DNA of 64,000 bases, from positions 389,381-453,380 of the forward strand of contig NW_004797772.1 in the NCBI RefSeq assembly GCF_000002075.1. Reading direction: 5' to 3'. Under the pieces are notes generated by a model that saw only the letters and a program-made list of their open reading frames with translations, had not been told where the DNA came from and did no database searches. Shown piece after piece: positions 62,383 to 64,000 of this stretch. How positions within the stretch are numbered: position 1 is the stretch's first letter; each line of letters begins with the position of its first letter. The DNA is from Aplysia californica (lineage: Eukaryota). Both the position numbers and the translations under genes were made by a program.

Positions 62383-62900
62383 TCTTCTAACTTTGACCAT
62401 CCCACACAGCTCTACTCGTGCTCAGCGGGTGTTTGGGGGGCCCACTTCACTACCTCAGATTACAAAGTTCTGTCTGACATTTTTGGCCGTCTTGAGTTAC
62501 TTTACTAAGACCATGAGGTCAGAAACCAAATACCCTGTCTGCTCTATCAAAATTGTAAGATTATTCGGGGTCGTTCTCAAGATATTCAAAGAATTGCATT
62601 CGAACAAGCTTGACATGTTGTTGAACTCAAACTTTTTTACTTCAGATTTCTCAAGACTAGGCACTGAGCAGATAGAACTTTGTAATTCTAAAGTAACAAC
62701 ATGTAGGTCCTATTGTTTTTCTTTCACTCTTCGTTATGCCTGTCTGTCGTGCTTTTCCCCTTGTACTGAAGGGTCTTTATTGTGTACATGTGTTTTCTGT
62801 ACTCAAACTAACGAGGAAAGCAACTCTTTCTTCTTACGTCGTCTTTATCAGTGTGGTGTAGTGGGTGGATGCGGTGAGTGCTTGGGGGGGGGGGGGGGGG

Positions 62901-63423
62901 GGGCTATCGTGGCCAAGAGGTTAAGGTGTTCGCCTCTCATTCAAAGGTCCCGGGTTCGAATCCGGGTAGCGACCGAAAAATTTTCTTCTCTAACATTGTC
63001 TCCTTTCACGTCCTTCCCTGCTCTCTTGCAATGTTCTGTCGTCTGCTTTCGTCTCCTCTTTCTGCCTCCACCCCCTCACCTCCTTTGCCCCCTCCTCTGG
63101 GTTCCTGGCTCTTTCTGTAGCCTTTCTACTGCTACTCCTTGGCTTCTTCTTACTGCTGTCTTTCAGCCACACCCCTGATCTTCGGGTAGGAAAGATCTGC
63201 ACCTAGCCTTCTCGGACAAGGGCGAAAAAAAGTCGGAGTGCCCGTGTGCAAATTGCGCTCGTTAAAGATCTCTTGGTGGTCTAAAATCGTCTAGAGTAGG
63301 CTTCGGCCGCCACCCGCGCAAAATTCAAAAATTCCTACCAACTGAAAAAGTTTAATGTGTCCCGCGCTCTCATATGACCTTATGCTGTTGCGAGCGCCGT
63401 AATACACTTTGCAAAAAAAAAAA
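62901..63423 (+). mobile_element. tRNA-derived SINE family C (second, 5'-degraded copy at about 39270-39750)
   Basis: TGGCCAAGAGG and GGTTCGAATCC boxes, pyrimidine-rich body, CGTTAAAGATC..TTGGTGGTC (Deu/Nin-domain-like), same 3' tail as family B, A tract. Confidence 0.8.
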
Positions 63424-64000
63424 GGTGAGTGCTGTGGTGTGGTTTGGTCCTTCTTTCCCATCAAACATTCTATCTTCCTTATATTTACTTCTACTTTTCT
63501 TTTGCATATTACTTTCTAGTAATTGTGTTGATCACCTGCATTAAAGATTTTTTATAATTTTCTATCACATGTACCAGCTCTAATCTTCCGCGATTATATG
63601 GCCTAATTGTTATGAATGTGTTTTAAAAAGCTCTTACTAATTTAAACTATACTGGTAAGACAATAAGATGCTGGTTGTTACTGTACTTACGTGCATGGAT
63701 GTTTCGTCGGGGAAGTGAGGACACTGCTGCTAGTGCCCGCCTCCTAAGCGGTCGAAAATGTCTTGAAAGAGGTATAATACATCTGCACTCACAGTCTCAG
63801 CCAGTGTCCGCGGCATGGTTCAGTCTGCGCTGTTAAATTATTGTCGGATTCCCTTCCTCCCGCATTTGAAACTACTCTTTTTTGCTGAATTACCCGCTCG
63901 AGGCTGAATGAAATATAAGCGAAGGAGTCACCTACGCGCTCGAACCTGCTGATGAGGAAATCCTGACCGACTGCCCCGACGTTTGGGAAGTGAGGAGTTT

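Overview
Repeat-rich, intron-containing animal genomic DNA with many N gaps. The repeat content suggests an invertebrate, possibly a mollusc (inference only). The + strand carries a FANCM (Fanconi anemia group M DEAH translocase) gene: 19 phase-consistent coding exons can be traced from 5472 to 48703, including a 4032-nt exon. The exon for helicase motifs V/VI is not visible and probably lies in the 22.7-23.3 kb gap. The C-terminal MM3/ERCC4/HhH exons are not seen in the window. The most unusual element lies on the - strand downstream of the last visible FANCM exon, probably inside a FANCM intron. It is an uninterrupted 598-aa ORF encoding a YTHDF-derived protein with two tandem YTH (m6A-reader) domains, made by a 678-nt internal duplication, with altered pocket residues. 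A 39-nt A tract follows it, and an S/N-repeat 370-aa ORF precedes it and overlaps it by ATGA. The rest is a full-length degenerate RTE LINE with TSD and a structured 5' UTR, a Rex1/Babar-type LINE, LINE 3' fragments, three short retroposon families, several MITEs, a Penelope-type minimal hammerhead ribozyme in a nested insertion, and tandem duplications. All coordinates were derived by hand and no database searches were run.
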